A stretch of DNA of 64,000 nt from a virus, in the IMG/VR virus record IMGVR_UViG_3300023174_000082, positions 32,001-96,000 of that record. One strand, written 5' to 3'. The position numbers and the translations under genes were made by a program. The notes under the pieces were generated by a model, which was given only the letters and a program-made list of their open reading frames with translations, did not search any database and had not been told where the DNA came from. Each line of letters begins with the position of its first letter. Positions within the stretch are counted from its first letter, which is position 1. Positions 49,201-58,916 of the stretch are shown here, piece after piece.

Positions 49201-49542
49201 GCTGCATATGAACCAGGTACTGTTTTGATTTTTGGCGGCAGTAACGAAGTCACAATATCAACCACAATAAGTGATCCTAAAGTGGCCGGAGTAGTTTCTA
49301 CCAATCCGGCACACTTGATGAACAGTGTAATGGAAGCCGAGCACATTGTAGCAACAGCGTTAACTGGACGAGTTCCAACCAAAGTTATTGGACCTGTAAA
49401 GAAAGGCGACATGATGGTGTCAGCAATCAATGGTCGTGCGCAGGCCTGCGCAACACCAGCCATGGGCACAGTGATAGGCAAAGCATTGCAAGACTTTGAT
49501 GGCGATCAAGGTACAATTGAAATTGTTGTAGGAAGATTATAA
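46228..49542 (+). CDS. Repeat fibre protein with C-terminal intramolecular-chaperone/auto-cleavage-like domain, 1104 aa
   Basis: Same TGN.TGGN repeats; C-terminal YADLAENY..D..YEPGTV...GVVST.P...ALTGRVP.KV.G.V.KGD...GKAL. Confidence 0.75.
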   Translation: MSYVGLNPQQQLLNTSTQTFSGNAVAYQFTLGRAVASASDLDVMIDQTLQRPFTDYEAENVTLLFQTPPPSGTNNITVTYRAGALNSLNLTANAFGAGTVGAPSVYSVAANNTGIYWPNATTMVMTVAGGNRATFSSNVASTSNVTGALTVAGGVGVTGNINTSGAVTITNATNSGNVTTGALTVAGGAGIVGNLNIGGDITCVGDFTVNGTFTTTGTDSLEVNDPFIFLANANPGDTYDSGVITQYFDGTNTRYSGYFRDITDSKYKLFGNLIVKPTTVVDTANASFTYNDLILANLSATGNVSGTYILGNGALLSGITTDTNQIFNGTSRVIIASAAGNIVNNIAGVTIATVWSGGLVVTGAISGSSTLLVTGNVTGGNITTAGQITGTGNITSAANVSAGNILTGGMFSAAGNITGANVNTGGLVLATGNITGGNINTAGQTSAGGNVTGGNIRTAGSVSAAGAVYGDSFSAVLGVSAGTTVAATTDITAGGTISAVGTVTGDGGITSSANVSGGNVLSSGAVSATGNVIAANIVVSNNIYDASAMNLLTGAGNITLTPAAGSNVQITSNANITSTTISTSSTTGALRVAGGIGIAGNSYIGGLETVTGNITGGNIITAGAVSATGNVNGGNVIATTLVQGTSVSATGNVTGGNVLTGGITSATGNITGGNIITGGAISAGGAVSATGNVVGGNVTATTAVTAGSGGVSATGNVTGGNITTAGLITSTGNITSAGNIAGGNILGTLLVQGSIVSATANVLAAGNISAVGTVLASQLSLSGNIISAVATTGNITGANVNATLALSAVGNITGGNISTAGNLAAPTAAQNTNTTQVATTEFVIGQASSTSPGAVGSAAVGTGTTFARADHTHSGVTNITTSSGLSTNTNATGAVSITNTGVTSAVAGTGVSVSGATGAVTFSIGQAVATNSGVTFASLTVGTGNVTLGNIVNGGTNATGNIGSATTYFNTGFLKATTAQYADLAENYAADAAYEPGTVLIFGGSNEVTISTTISDPKVAGVVSTNPAHLMNSVMEAEHIVATALTGRVPTKVIGPVKKGDMMVSAINGRAQACATPAMGTVIGKALQDFDGDQGTIEIVVGRL

Positions 49543-49934
49543 TGGCTTATGTAGGTTATTCACCTGTATTGGGACAATACCGTAAAATGGATACGTTGAC
49601 TTTTAATGGAGTCACGCAGACATTCAACATCACTGTGGGTGGTGTGAGTTTTACTCCACCTACTGCTTATGCAATGTTGGTGGTATTAAACAATGTTCCA
49701 TTGAATCCTGGTGTGGATTTTAGTGTGGCAGCTTCTACAATAAGTTTTTCTGTAGCACCTGTAAACAACACACCGTTCTTTGCGTTGTTGTTTGGTGATA
49801 CACTATATACAGGCACGCCCAGCGATGCCACAGTGATCAACAGTAAAATAGCCACAGGCGCTGTGAGTTATGACAAGTTCAGTGCTAGTACACAAGCTAG
49901 ACTAACTGCCGGACAAATTATATTTGGAGTTTAA
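49542..49934 (+). CDS. Small virion protein resembling the N-terminus of the upstream fibre (MAYVG/MSYVG)
   Basis: MAYVG...FNGVTQTF...LNPGVDF pattern parallels MSYVG...FSGNAVAYQF...QRPFTDY. Confidence 0.65.
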   Translation: MAYVGYSPVLGQYRKMDTLTFNGVTQTFNITVGGVSFTPPTAYAMLVVLNNVPLNPGVDFSVAASTISFSVAPVNNTPFFALLFGDTLYTGTPSDATVINSKIATGAVSYDKFSASTQARLTAGQIIFGV

Positions 49935-49937
49935 AAG

Positions 49938-52900
49938 ATGGCAAGAAAAAGATTATATGAGTATACGTTTACCCCAGGAACTGCTGGTTTAGGTACAGTA
50001 GCAGTTCCTAACCGGTATAACCTAGCAGACATTCTGGCCATCTACGACACAACTTACAACGTTGCTATCTACAATTTTGCTGATCCTACATTGGGGGGCA
50101 CAGTAAGCTGGGCTGCTGGAGTTACCGCTGCATTTCCTGCTGCGTATGCCGGTGTTACAACCATCACATTGGATTTAAACACCAGCTCATATCTCAGCAC
50201 TGATAAGTTAGCAATTTATGTTGAAGATAGAGACTTACAAATTCAACCCTGGGACTATGGCATGGATGCCATTGGCCGTGAACGTGTTTCAAACCCAGAA
50301 TCGTTGATTGACGCTGACTTTGAATATGGATTGCAAAACACCAAATGGGAAAACGTTTCAACCACAAACAACATTCCCAGTTTCTATGAAGACATTGGCG
50401 CAGATATTGTTTACAACACCAATGGTTATCTTACACTGTTGGCTGGTGACGATGTAATCACATCCAACGTTGATACATCAATCAAATTGGAAAATCAAGG
50501 TACAGCACCTTGGGTTGCTGATGACTATGTGCTGATTACTAGCCAAACACAAGGCAATACAACTCCGCTTGTGTCAACCTATACAACTGCTAATGTCAGC
50601 AGTTCAGCTGAACGCACATTTACTGTTGCCAGCACAACTGGAATGACTGCCGGAGATCTGGTGTTGATCATTGGCCGCCCAACCTCTGGTGGTACCACAA
50701 CTGCTGTGGCTGCTATTACCAGCACTGCTACAACTACACTTAACGTTACCAGTGCATCTGGCGCTGGCATGGTTGATGGTGCCTACATCATTGTTCAAAC
50801 TGATACTGCAAACGTTTATGAAGTGATGGCAATTACCAACGTAGCAACCAACGCACTTACTGTGGTACGCCAGTCAAATCGATCAAACGGTGCTGGAGCT
50901 AACATTGCAATTGGTAACAATGCTTACACTGTGGCCACTCTTGAAATTGCTCAAGTTCAATCAGTCACTGACGGCACAACAATACAACTCAATCGTGGTT
51001 GGTATAACAGTACATCGGCAAATTCTTATGCAACTGGTACAGTAATGCAACGTTTGAGTGGCAACGTAGAACTTTGTCAACACACTGTGATCAGTACTGC
51101 AATCAACGGAACACAAACAATCACACGTGGCCAATTTAATACCACAGCACTTACTGCCGCAGGTGTTGGATCACCTATGATCCGTATGACTGGTATGTTT
51201 TATGCTACTGGTGCTAACACAATTCCACAAGTTGGTGTCAATCAAAGCGACACTCCATTGGACGCTAATGAATATGTGAGCACACAAAATACCAACAACT
51301 CAAACACCGAAGGTGTGGGCCTAGTATTCCAAGCAAATACCAATAACTTTTTCTACTACCCACGTCGTAGTCCAAGTTTGGCACCTGGTTATCCACTCAA
51401 TCAAACAGATACAATTATTCGTCAAGCATATCCGTATACTGGCGGCTCAATGAACGTGTCAAGTATCACAAGTGACGGTGCAAACCCAAGCACAATTACT
51501 GTAACAACAACTTATGCTCACGGTCTTGTGCCAGGAACTCCTATTTTGATGAATTTGAGTTCTGGTACCAATGCCGCTTATGCTGAAGGTTCATTTACTA
51601 TTATTAGCGTGCCTAGCACAACTACATTTACCTACACTGCCAAAACTGGCGCCGCAGTCAGTGGCAGCATTGCTGGTCTTGCCTTTGTTCGAAGTAATGC
51701 AGCGTTCCTGCCAAGACCATTTGATGGCGGTGTGTTGATTGGTCCAGGAACACCAACACGTGGCGCAAGCGCAATCCGTGTTACTAAAAAGTACTTCCGC
51801 TACCAGTCTGGTAAAGGTCTCTTGTTCTCCACTGGTACTGTGTTGGCGCCAACATTTGACGTTACCGCAGTGAGTGCTGATGGAACTGCCACCAACAGCA
51901 ACATCACTATCACTGTTGACGTTGAACATGGACTTAATTCCGGAGCTACGTTAACGCTGTCAGGAGTGACTACCAGCGGGTACAATGCTTCAGGATATGT
52001 TGTAACATCAATCACAAGCGACACCAGTTTTGTTGTGCAAGCTCAAACAACACTTGGCTCAACCACACCTGAACTGGGACAATCACCTAGAATCAACATC
52101 ACTGGCTGGCACGGTGCTAGTATTCGTGCTGGTATGTTTGATGATCAAAATGGATTGTTCTGGGAAAATAATGGTATCACAGTAAATGCAGTTCAACGCA
52201 CCAGCACAAATCAGCTGGCTGGCTTTGTATCAGTTGGTGTGGGCAGTAACTTAGTCACTGGTGACGGCAACTGCCGATTCCAAGACCAAATCAACAATGG
52301 TGACTTAGTTGTTATCAAAGGTATGAGCTACACAGTTACTAGTATCACTGACAACAACCGCATGACCATTGTGCCACCATATCGCGGAGTCACAAATCAA
52401 ACTCGTGTGAGAATGGCGTTGCGCACTGAAATTCGTGTACGACAAGCAGACTTTAACGTTGATCCATTGGACGGCACAGGAGCATCAGGCTACACATTAG
52501 ACGCAAGCAAAATGCAGATGTATGCCATGGAATATTCATGGTACGGTGCTGGTACTGTGGCTTGGATGCTTCGCGGACAAGATGGACGTTTTGTACATGC
52601 ACATCGTAGACCCAACAACAATTTGAACAATGAAGCATACATGCGTTCTGGTAACTTGCCAGCTCGTTATGAAGCCATCAACGAAACACCTGTAGTAGGT
52701 TTGTCTGGAGCAATTGACAACAGTCAAACAACTATTACACTAACAGATGCCACAGATTATCCATCAGCAAGTGTTACATATCCTGTGTTTGTGATGATTG
52801 AAAGTGAAATTATCAAGTACTCGGGCAAAGCAGGCAATCAACTTACTGGTTGCACACGTGGTGCTACATTTACACAGTGGGCAGACGGACAAAGCCGCAG

Positions 52901-53897
52901 TTACACATCTAGTGCAGCCGCTGGCCATGCCAATAACACTGGTGTCATATTGATTTCTAATACTTGTGTGCCACTGGTCAGCCACTGGGGTAGTGCAGTT
53001 ATTATGGATGGTAGTTTTGATGGTGACGAAGGTTTTCAGTTTACTTACAACCGTACCAACTATGGTTTGCCACCAAACATTGGTGATAAAGCAGTGGCTT
53101 TTGCTATGCGTCTAGCACCATCAGTGTCAAATGGTATTATTGGTGATCTTGGTGTGAGAGAACTTATCAATCGCTCTCAGTTGACATTAGCAAACTTGAA
53201 CGTTCAGGTAACAGCAGGTCGTTATTTAATTGAAGGTATTTTGAATCCTTCAAACATTGATTCTGCCAATACTAGCTGGCAAGGTCTGAATAACTTGGGC
53301 GGTGGATTCCAACCTAGTTTTTCACAATTCTCAACTGCGCCACGTTACACTTCTGAAGCAACAGGTGGTTTGACAAGTGCTCCATACAACACCACAGGTG
53401 GTATGACACGCTCAGGTGTTAAACTGACATTCAGTTCTGCGCAAACTTATGCCAACTTGACACCTACAAACGTATCTAGCTCAGGTGCTAATGCTAAAAT
53501 TACCGTGCAGTTGACAGCCGCAGGCACTACCTATTCAACCACAACCACACAGATTACTGTTCAGCAAGCTGGCACAGGTTATGCTGTGGGAGATACAATT
53601 AAAATTCTTGGTAATACCTTAGGTGGAGCAACCACTGCAAACGACTTGACAATGACCATTGCGGCTATTACAAGTGAACTGCAAGGTGGCGAACGTTTGT
53701 TTGCTATTCCAATTTCAACAACCAACTCAGGCGTGTTGGATTTGGGTTCTGTTAAACAAATTGGCACAAGCTCAATCCCAGGAACAGGAACTTTCCCCAA
53801 TGGACCAGAAGTATTGGCTGTGCAGATCACTGCACTAACAACACAAGTGGCACCAGTGGGCGAAATTCAATTGCAGTTTGAAGAAAGTCAGGCTTAA
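49938..53897 (+). CDS. Large virion structural protein (fibre/spike), 1319 aa
   Basis: Thr/Gly-rich beta domains; RVSNPESLIDADFEYGLQ, YFRYQSGKG, EYSWYGAG, HGL motifs; end of the late fibre operon. Confidence 0.65.
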   Translation: MARKRLYEYTFTPGTAGLGTVAVPNRYNLADILAIYDTTYNVAIYNFADPTLGGTVSWAAGVTAAFPAAYAGVTTITLDLNTSSYLSTDKLAIYVEDRDLQIQPWDYGMDAIGRERVSNPESLIDADFEYGLQNTKWENVSTTNNIPSFYEDIGADIVYNTNGYLTLLAGDDVITSNVDTSIKLENQGTAPWVADDYVLITSQTQGNTTPLVSTYTTANVSSSAERTFTVASTTGMTAGDLVLIIGRPTSGGTTTAVAAITSTATTTLNVTSASGAGMVDGAYIIVQTDTANVYEVMAITNVATNALTVVRQSNRSNGAGANIAIGNNAYTVATLEIAQVQSVTDGTTIQLNRGWYNSTSANSYATGTVMQRLSGNVELCQHTVISTAINGTQTITRGQFNTTALTAAGVGSPMIRMTGMFYATGANTIPQVGVNQSDTPLDANEYVSTQNTNNSNTEGVGLVFQANTNNFFYYPRRSPSLAPGYPLNQTDTIIRQAYPYTGGSMNVSSITSDGANPSTITVTTTYAHGLVPGTPILMNLSSGTNAAYAEGSFTIISVPSTTTFTYTAKTGAAVSGSIAGLAFVRSNAAFLPRPFDGGVLIGPGTPTRGASAIRVTKKYFRYQSGKGLLFSTGTVLAPTFDVTAVSADGTATNSNITITVDVEHGLNSGATLTLSGVTTSGYNASGYVVTSITSDTSFVVQAQTTLGSTTPELGQSPRINITGWHGASIRAGMFDDQNGLFWENNGITVNAVQRTSTNQLAGFVSVGVGSNLVTGDGNCRFQDQINNGDLVVIKGMSYTVTSITDNNRMTIVPPYRGVTNQTRVRMALRTEIRVRQADFNVDPLDGTGASGYTLDASKMQMYAMEYSWYGAGTVAWMLRGQDGRFVHAHRRPNNNLNNEAYMRSGNLPARYEAINETPVVGLSGAIDNSQTTITLTDATDYPSASVTYPVFVMIESEIIKYSGKAGNQLTGCTRGATFTQWADGQSRSYTSSAAAGHANNTGVILISNTCVPLVSHWGSAVIMDGSFDGDEGFQFTYNRTNYGLPPNIGDKAVAFAMRLAPSVSNGIIGDLGVRELINRSQLTLANLNVQVTAGRYLIEGILNPSNIDSANTSWQGLNNLGGGFQPSFSQFSTAPRYTSEATGGLTSAPYNTTGGMTRSGVKLTFSSAQTYANLTPTNVSSSGANAKITVQLTAAGTTYSTTTTQITVQQAGTGYAVGDTIKILGNTLGGATTANDLTMTIAAITSELQGGERLFAIPISTTNSGVLDLGSVKQIGTSSIPGTGTFPNGPEVLAVQITALTTQVAPVGEIQLQFEESQA

Positions 53898-54334
53898 TGT
53901 TCAGTGGCAAGATAGCGTTCAACAGTGTCTATCTTGTCCTGAATTGCTTCAATATTCACAGTTGACCACAAGCCTGGATGCATGGGTTTAGGCCAGGTAC
54001 CTTTGTCTATCCAGGCATAGCCTAAATGTTCGTGATTTAGTGTGGGTTGAAATTCTTCAGCAACTACACATACCCAGGTGTGATATTCAAAGTTTAAATC
54101 TGCCGATGTGAATTTTTCCAAAGGCACCAAGCGTTGATAAACAGGAAAACTTCCCAGTTCTTCAATGCATTCGCGTTCCATGCCACCCAGTAGAGTTTCG
54201 CCAGTTTCTACTTTGCCACCAGGCAATCCCCATGCACCAGGATGTTTTGAGTCGTTGCGTAACAAATAAAGATAACGTCCAGTGTTACTGGCCCTAAACC
54301 AAACACCTACGGCTTTTACAACACCAGTCTCCAT
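53894..54334 (-). CDS. Nudix hydrolase; start probably ATG at 54334
   Basis: Nudix box WGLPGGKVETGETLLGGMERECIEELG. Confidence 0.88.
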   Translation of the reverse strand: METGVVKAVGVWFRASNTGRYLYLLRNDSKHPGAWGLPGGKVETGETLLGGMERECIEELGSFPVYQRLVPLEKFTSADLNFEYHTWVCVVAEEFQPTLNHEHLGYAWIDKGTWPKPMHPGLWSTVNIEAIQDKIDTVERYLATEH

Positions 54335-55713
54335 TGGCCTCCCGGATAGTAGCCTTGATAACTTTTCATCCATGCGTCACCAGTCCACACATACTGTTGG
54401 CTGGTAGTTATATTGGTCACATACTGCCCAGCAGGTTGACCGCTGGCTCTAAATGTAACGTGCCAATAATTGTTGGAGTATTCAATGATATCGTTGGCAT
54501 CAGCAATAAGTGGTCTACCATTTGCACCAATCCAGGCTTCTGCTGGACCCGAGTTGTCACTGGAGCCTGTGCTTTCGGTAAGCAAATATCTTTGTCCTTC
54601 AAGCGCACTGTCCAATCCGTTTAATGGCCCACTTACCTGTGGGTTAATCACAGCGTCAATTGCATCCATTGTGTTTTGCGGCACAGTATCAATGTCAATG
54701 TCGTACAGCACAAATCGATCATCATTTGGGTCAAGCGTGATAGTACCAACAACCTCAGACCCATCGGGTTGTTCCAAATAGATTTGACTAATTCCAGGTC
54801 GTAAAACACCGTACGCATCAATAATTGCCGGCCACAACAAATTGCTACCGCTTGCAATAACTGTTGGTGCTAGGCTGCTGTTGCTGGGCTCATCTACAGA
54901 ACTTGGTGGACGCAAAATTTGTATTTTGTTGCCAATCAACACTGTGGCATAGTTGTAAGGAGTGATTACCTGTCTGGTGCCCAACAACAAATCATTGTTT
55001 GTTATGGCATCAACAGCATCACCTTGTGCATCAAACACACTGGCAATGACCCTTTCTACCACACCTAATTTTTTAACTTTGGCTGGTGAACTGATCCAAA
55101 TTGGCAATGTAAAACGCAACGTGCATATATCTATGGGATTCTCTGTGCCCATGGGTATGGTGCGAGACGTCCATGTTGTACCGTCCAGTTCTACCACACT
55201 CAATGAAGTCCAATCAATGTAATTGTCTGTGCTTTGAATTTCCAAACTGGGATTGAACAGCGTTAAAATTTGCTCAAGCAATTGCAATTTTTGATTGGTG
55301 TTTGAAGTCCACAAGTCTAAATTTATAGTCAGCTTGTAAGGAACAGGCATCAATCTTTCAATGGTAAATGCATTGCCTTGAGTGGTTTCGTAAGTTTCAG
55401 TGCCTGGGTCATAAGTGCGTTGACGCACAGAAATCTTACTCACATGATAAGGCTCTTGGATTCTAGGTCTATCGTAATCTAGTGCAGTGATGTAAAATGT
55501 CATCAACGGAGTAGATGGCAAACTGCTTGCAGAATTTTGCTGAAGAATAGTTTGTGCGTTTCTACTTGAATCTCCGTATCTCACAGGAACTCTAAGCAAG
55601 GCCGCATTTTCGCTGCCTTCTTCTCTGCCGTACTCAACTTGGAATCCTGAAAAGATTCTAGTGAATTGCAGTAAGAATCTGCGTATTTGTTCGTCGTAAA
55701 AAAATTGTTGCAT
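54316..55713 (-). CDS. gp15: Tail sheath terminator/completion protein (T4 gp15-like)
   Basis: FFYDEQIRRF..QF..IFS, VPVRYG, MPVPY.L...L, QLLEQIL..FNP. Confidence 0.8.
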   Translation of the reverse strand: MQQFFYDEQIRRFLLQFTRIFSGFQVEYGREEGSENAALLRVPVRYGDSSRNAQTILQQNSASSLPSTPLMTFYITALDYDRPRIQEPYHVSKISVRQRTYDPGTETYETTQGNAFTIERLMPVPYKLTINLDLWTSNTNQKLQLLEQILTLFNPSLEIQSTDNYIDWTSLSVVELDGTTWTSRTIPMGTENPIDICTLRFTLPIWISSPAKVKKLGVVERVIASVFDAQGDAVDAITNNDLLLGTRQVITPYNYATVLIGNKIQILRPPSSVDEPSNSSLAPTVIASGSNLLWPAIIDAYGVLRPGISQIYLEQPDGSEVVGTITLDPNDDRFVLYDIDIDTVPQNTMDAIDAVINPQVSGPLNGLDSALEGQRYLLTESTGSSDNSGPAEAWIGANGRPLIADANDIIEYSNNYWHVTFRASGQPAGQYVTNITTSQQYVWTGDAWMKSYQGYYPGGQWRLVL

Positions 55714-55715
55714 TG

Positions 55716-57086
55716 TTAACTTGACTTTTGTCCAGGTTGTGTGCCAGGGAAAGGTTTAGCAGGTTTGTCGCCACCTTGATCACCATTGTCGGCCCGAGGT
55801 TTCAATATCTCGCTGAGACTTTGTCTACTTGGTATGTTACCCATGTCAGTAGTAGGCACAGTGTATGTATTGTTCACAAAGGTCGAGCGCAAAGTATCAT
55901 TGGTAGGACCATTGTTAAGGTTTGTACGCACATTGCTTTCAATTTTGACCCAGCGGCGGCCATCATAGCGGAACAGTCGATTTGGTTGATAATCTAATCG
56001 CAAGGCATAATCTCCACTTACAGGATTGGTTGGAAAACTCACACCCGGAGTAACAGGCAAGCCATTTGGCGCCATGTCGTCGCCAGTGAGATAGCCCATA
56101 GTATAACCAAATGACTTTGGTGTGACATTCATGCCACCTTGTGTGCCATCCACAGTGACAGTGCTTTCGGAACCAAGGCTTGCTGGATTGGCAGGTTGAC
56201 CATCTTGTGTGGGCTCAATATAAAATTTGGTTACGTCATACCCGCTCAATGGAACTTCCACGTCAGCCTGTGTGAGTATGGCGTCGTTGATTTGTGTATC
56301 TTTGGTGCGAGTACCTTGCACATCACTGATGGTAGCAGGAGTGTAGGGTGCCCAAAATTCAGTGTTGGTTATTTCTGTGCCTGCTGGAGTATTTTTTTGA
56401 GCTTGATAATATACATCTCCATAGTTCACAATAGAACCCATGGGATAAAAATCACCTGGATCCCAAATGTACTCAGCCACAAAAGGTTTGTCAGTGATTG
56501 ATTTGTATTCTTGTTGATCGTTCAGTGGCGTGGCTTTCACACGCCACAAGTGTGGCAACCAAGTTTGTGAAAATCCCTCAGAAGCAAACGCCGCATCTTG
56601 TATCACATAGTATTTTGGAAATGCTTTTGGGATAGCAGGATTCAGCGGATTGTAATCTTTTAAATTTGGAATCTCAAGCACATCGCCGTTCATGAGTTTA
56701 CGACCAAATGTGTCAATCATGTCGTTGTAGTGGAACGTGATAAACAGCGTGTCGTTGTTCAAAAACAAGCCAAATTGTGTAAGGTCAAAATCAATGTCTT
56801 GTGTGTTGTACACACCGCGCATGACATAAACATCTGTGTCATACACTCTATCTCTGTTTTCCAGCAACAGCAAGTCTTGAATGTTCAGTACACTTTGCGT
56901 TTCATAAACGGGTTGAGTGGCATCAGCATTGCCGCTGAATGCAGAATCTTGGCCGCCAGTTTCTGGCCCTAGATACTTGTGAACAAGGATATCCAATCCT
57001 CCCACAGTGTACATTTCACTGATGGTGCGGTCAAAAAATTGATAATCTTTGGTTCGGTTAGGGCGGTAGAGTGACAGGCGAGGCAT
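55716..57086 (-). CDS. gp14: Neck/head-closure protein (T4 gp14-like); start moved to ATG at 57086
   Basis: LTQFGLF...D.LFITF...GDVLEIP pattern; upstream of gp15-like gene; TAAATA 7 nt upstream. Confidence 0.65.
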   Translation of the reverse strand: MPRLSLYRPNRTKDYQFFDRTISEMYTVGGLDILVHKYLGPETGGQDSAFSGNADATQPVYETQSVLNIQDLLLLENRDRVYDTDVYVMRGVYNTQDIDFDLTQFGLFLNNDTLFITFHYNDMIDTFGRKLMNGDVLEIPNLKDYNPLNPAIPKAFPKYYVIQDAAFASEGFSQTWLPHLWRVKATPLNDQQEYKSITDKPFVAEYIWDPGDFYPMGSIVNYGDVYYQAQKNTPAGTEITNTEFWAPYTPATISDVQGTRTKDTQINDAILTQADVEVPLSGYDVTKFYIEPTQDGQPANPASLGSESTVTVDGTQGGMNVTPKSFGYTMGYLTGDDMAPNGLPVTPGVSFPTNPVSGDYALRLDYQPNRLFRYDGRRWVKIESNVRTNLNNGPTNDTLRSTFVNNTYTVPTTDMGNIPSRQSLSEILKPRADNGDQGGDKPAKPFPGTQPGQKSS

Positions 57087-57107
57087 AGTTAAGTATTTAT
57101 GGGCAGG

Positions 57108-57136
57108 TTGACCAATAATTCCCAACCTGTTATACT
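57108..57136 (+). promoter_or_regulatory. Sigma70-type early promoter
   Basis: TTGACC-17 nt-TATACT with extended -10 TG. Confidence 0.75.
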
Positions 57137-57142
57137 TTGGGC

Positions 57143-57400
57143 ATGAAAGTAGTTAAACTGGACCGTAGATTTCGCCAATTCAAACAGCACGGGCATGTGA
57201 TTGCGGTGCGATGTGATAGTTGGCTGGGGGAAGGTGTTGCTCTTGAAAAAATATGCAATGCTAAACTGGAAGGCCACGGCTACATGCCCGACAATGACTG
57301 GCATGCATATTTTGGCAAAGACAACGGCCGCCCCAACCGCCCATTCTGGATTTCCTTCCGCAGGGAAGCAGATCTTACTTTAGTACTACTTTCTGCCTGA
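57143..57400 (+). CDS. Small early hypothetical protein
   Basis: ATG 6 nt after the -10 box. Confidence 0.6.
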   Translation: MKVVKLDRRFRQFKQHGHVIAVRCDSWLGEGVALEKICNAKLEGHGYMPDNDWHAYFGKDNGRPNRPFWISFRREADLTLVLLSA

Positions 57401-57429
57401 TTGACCAAATAATCAAAATCTGCTATAAT
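57401..57429 (+). promoter_or_regulatory. Sigma70-type early promoter
   Basis: TTGACC-17 nt-TATAAT with extended -10 TG. Confidence 0.85.
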
Positions 57430-57456
57430 ACACACTTGTTCACTACAGGAGCCCGT

Positions 57457-57744
57457 ATGCAAAAGGCAGCAAATTTTGTTGCAAAGTACTCTACTGCCAA
57501 CAAGTCCAAAGCAGTGGTGCCTTATGACCTAATAAAAGCCACAGAAAAATGGGTGGAGTACAGCCTGGACATTGTGGATATGAATCGTATTTTGATGCAG
57601 TCAGACTTTGACACCAAATGGCGGCTGATGGAGGCTCTTGATGTTGCAGAGCGCAAACGAAAGTACATGTACAACCACAAAAACTTTAAACTCAAACGTG
57701 CCACGCAATTGTTTGAACTCTGCCGAGATTTACCTGTAAAATAA
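57457..57744 (+). CDS. Early hypothetical protein; start moved to ATG at 57457
   Basis: AGGAG RBS at 57447-57451. Confidence 0.65.
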   Translation: MQKAANFVAKYSTANKSKAVVPYDLIKATEKWVEYSLDIVDMNRILMQSDFDTKWRLMEALDVAERKRKYMYNHKNFKLKRATQLFELCRDLPVK

Positions 57745-57756
57745 GTAAGGACACAT

Positions 57757-58893
57757 ATGAGCACCACATTCAAAATTAAACTGCTAAACCCTCGCAGTTC
57801 TGACACCAACATCTTGGGCATGGAGCCTACTTGGCAGATCCAGCCCACAGAGTATCGTACCAGTCGACTGAGCAAAGCATTCTCGTGGTACAACTATTTC
57901 TACGGCAAGAAAGATGCCCGGGATATGATTGTAAACTATCTTGAAGCACATGACCGCAAGGCCGATGTGCGACTGCTCAAAGGCATTCCAGATTCAGCCA
58001 TTCGCTTGACTACAGGTTGGCTGTGCCGAATGAGCATGGTGGGCTTGGAACTGCATGCTGAGGAACAACTCAAATTGCAAAACCAACTGCGAGAAATATT
58101 GGACAGCAAGCAGAATGAAGTTGCGCCCGAAGCAGTAGTGGAAGACGCTACACCAAGAATTACCATCCAAGACCGACTGCGCGAAAAAGCGGCTGAGTGT
58201 AACGGTGAATTGGAAGGCTTATTTGATGAATTCATGCTAAGTGGCGCCAAAATGACTGCTGACTTCAAACCTGTAGTAATCATGCGTGGATTGAACGTAG
58301 CACCACAACTGATCAGTCAAATTTCTGACAACTGGAAACGCAAGCTCTCAGAGTTTGAGCGTGTGGCAGAAGGCAAAGACCCTCAGTTGATCGAAGGCTA
58401 CAGTTACCTTTCTAAAATACAACTGCGCAATGTGATCAAGTTTTGCGAAGCTGTGGTCAACGACTGCGGTGCTTATGTGCAGATCAAGAAAGTGGAACGC
58501 AAGCCACGCAAGGTCAAGGCAGTGCCACCAGAAAAACGTGCGGCCAAGTTCAAGATGCTGGCAGAGTTTGCAGAACTCAAACTCAAATCATTGCCAGCCG
58601 CAAGCCTTGTGGACAAAACAGAAGCCTGGTTGTATGACAGCAAAAAGCGCAAGCTCATCCACCTTGTGGCAGACAGCCACACACAGGCATTCACTGTAAA
58701 GAACAACTCAATTATTGGGTTTTCAACTGTGGATACAGTACAAAAAACTCTGCGCAAGCCAGCAGAACAGCTGAAGGGTATTACAGGTGCTGGCAAGCCG
58801 GCAGCTCGCAAGGCGTTCAAAGATATCAAAGCCACTGAAACTGCATGGAATGCCCGTGGCACAGAGAACTTGATCATACTCAAGAGTTGGTAA
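57757..58893 (+). CDS. Hypothetical phage protein, 378 aa, basic C-terminus
   Basis: Long ORF with AAGGA RBS; no motif I can assign. Confidence 0.7.
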   Translation: MSTTFKIKLLNPRSSDTNILGMEPTWQIQPTEYRTSRLSKAFSWYNYFYGKKDARDMIVNYLEAHDRKADVRLLKGIPDSAIRLTTGWLCRMSMVGLELHAEEQLKLQNQLREILDSKQNEVAPEAVVEDATPRITIQDRLREKAAECNGELEGLFDEFMLSGAKMTADFKPVVIMRGLNVAPQLISQISDNWKRKLSEFERVAEGKDPQLIEGYSYLSKIQLRNVIKFCEAVVNDCGAYVQIKKVERKPRKVKAVPPEKRAAKFKMLAEFAELKLKSLPAASLVDKTEAWLYDSKKRKLIHLVADSHTQAFTVKNNSIIGFSTVDTVQKTLRKPAEQLKGITGAGKPAARKAFKDIKATETAWNARGTENLIILKSW

Positions 58894-58916
58894 ATATAGG
58901 GACACGGAGTCCCTAT
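58891..58916 (+). promoter_or_regulatory. Late promoter TAAATA overlapping a hairpin that covers the RBS and start codon of gp13
   Basis: TAAATA 58891-58896; ATAGGGAC-ACGGA-GTCCCTAT 58896-58916. Confidence 0.7.

Noticed and set aside
46228-53897. Diversity-generating retroelement acting on the fibre C-termini
   Set aside because: No reverse transcriptase and no template/variable repeat pair seen in the window
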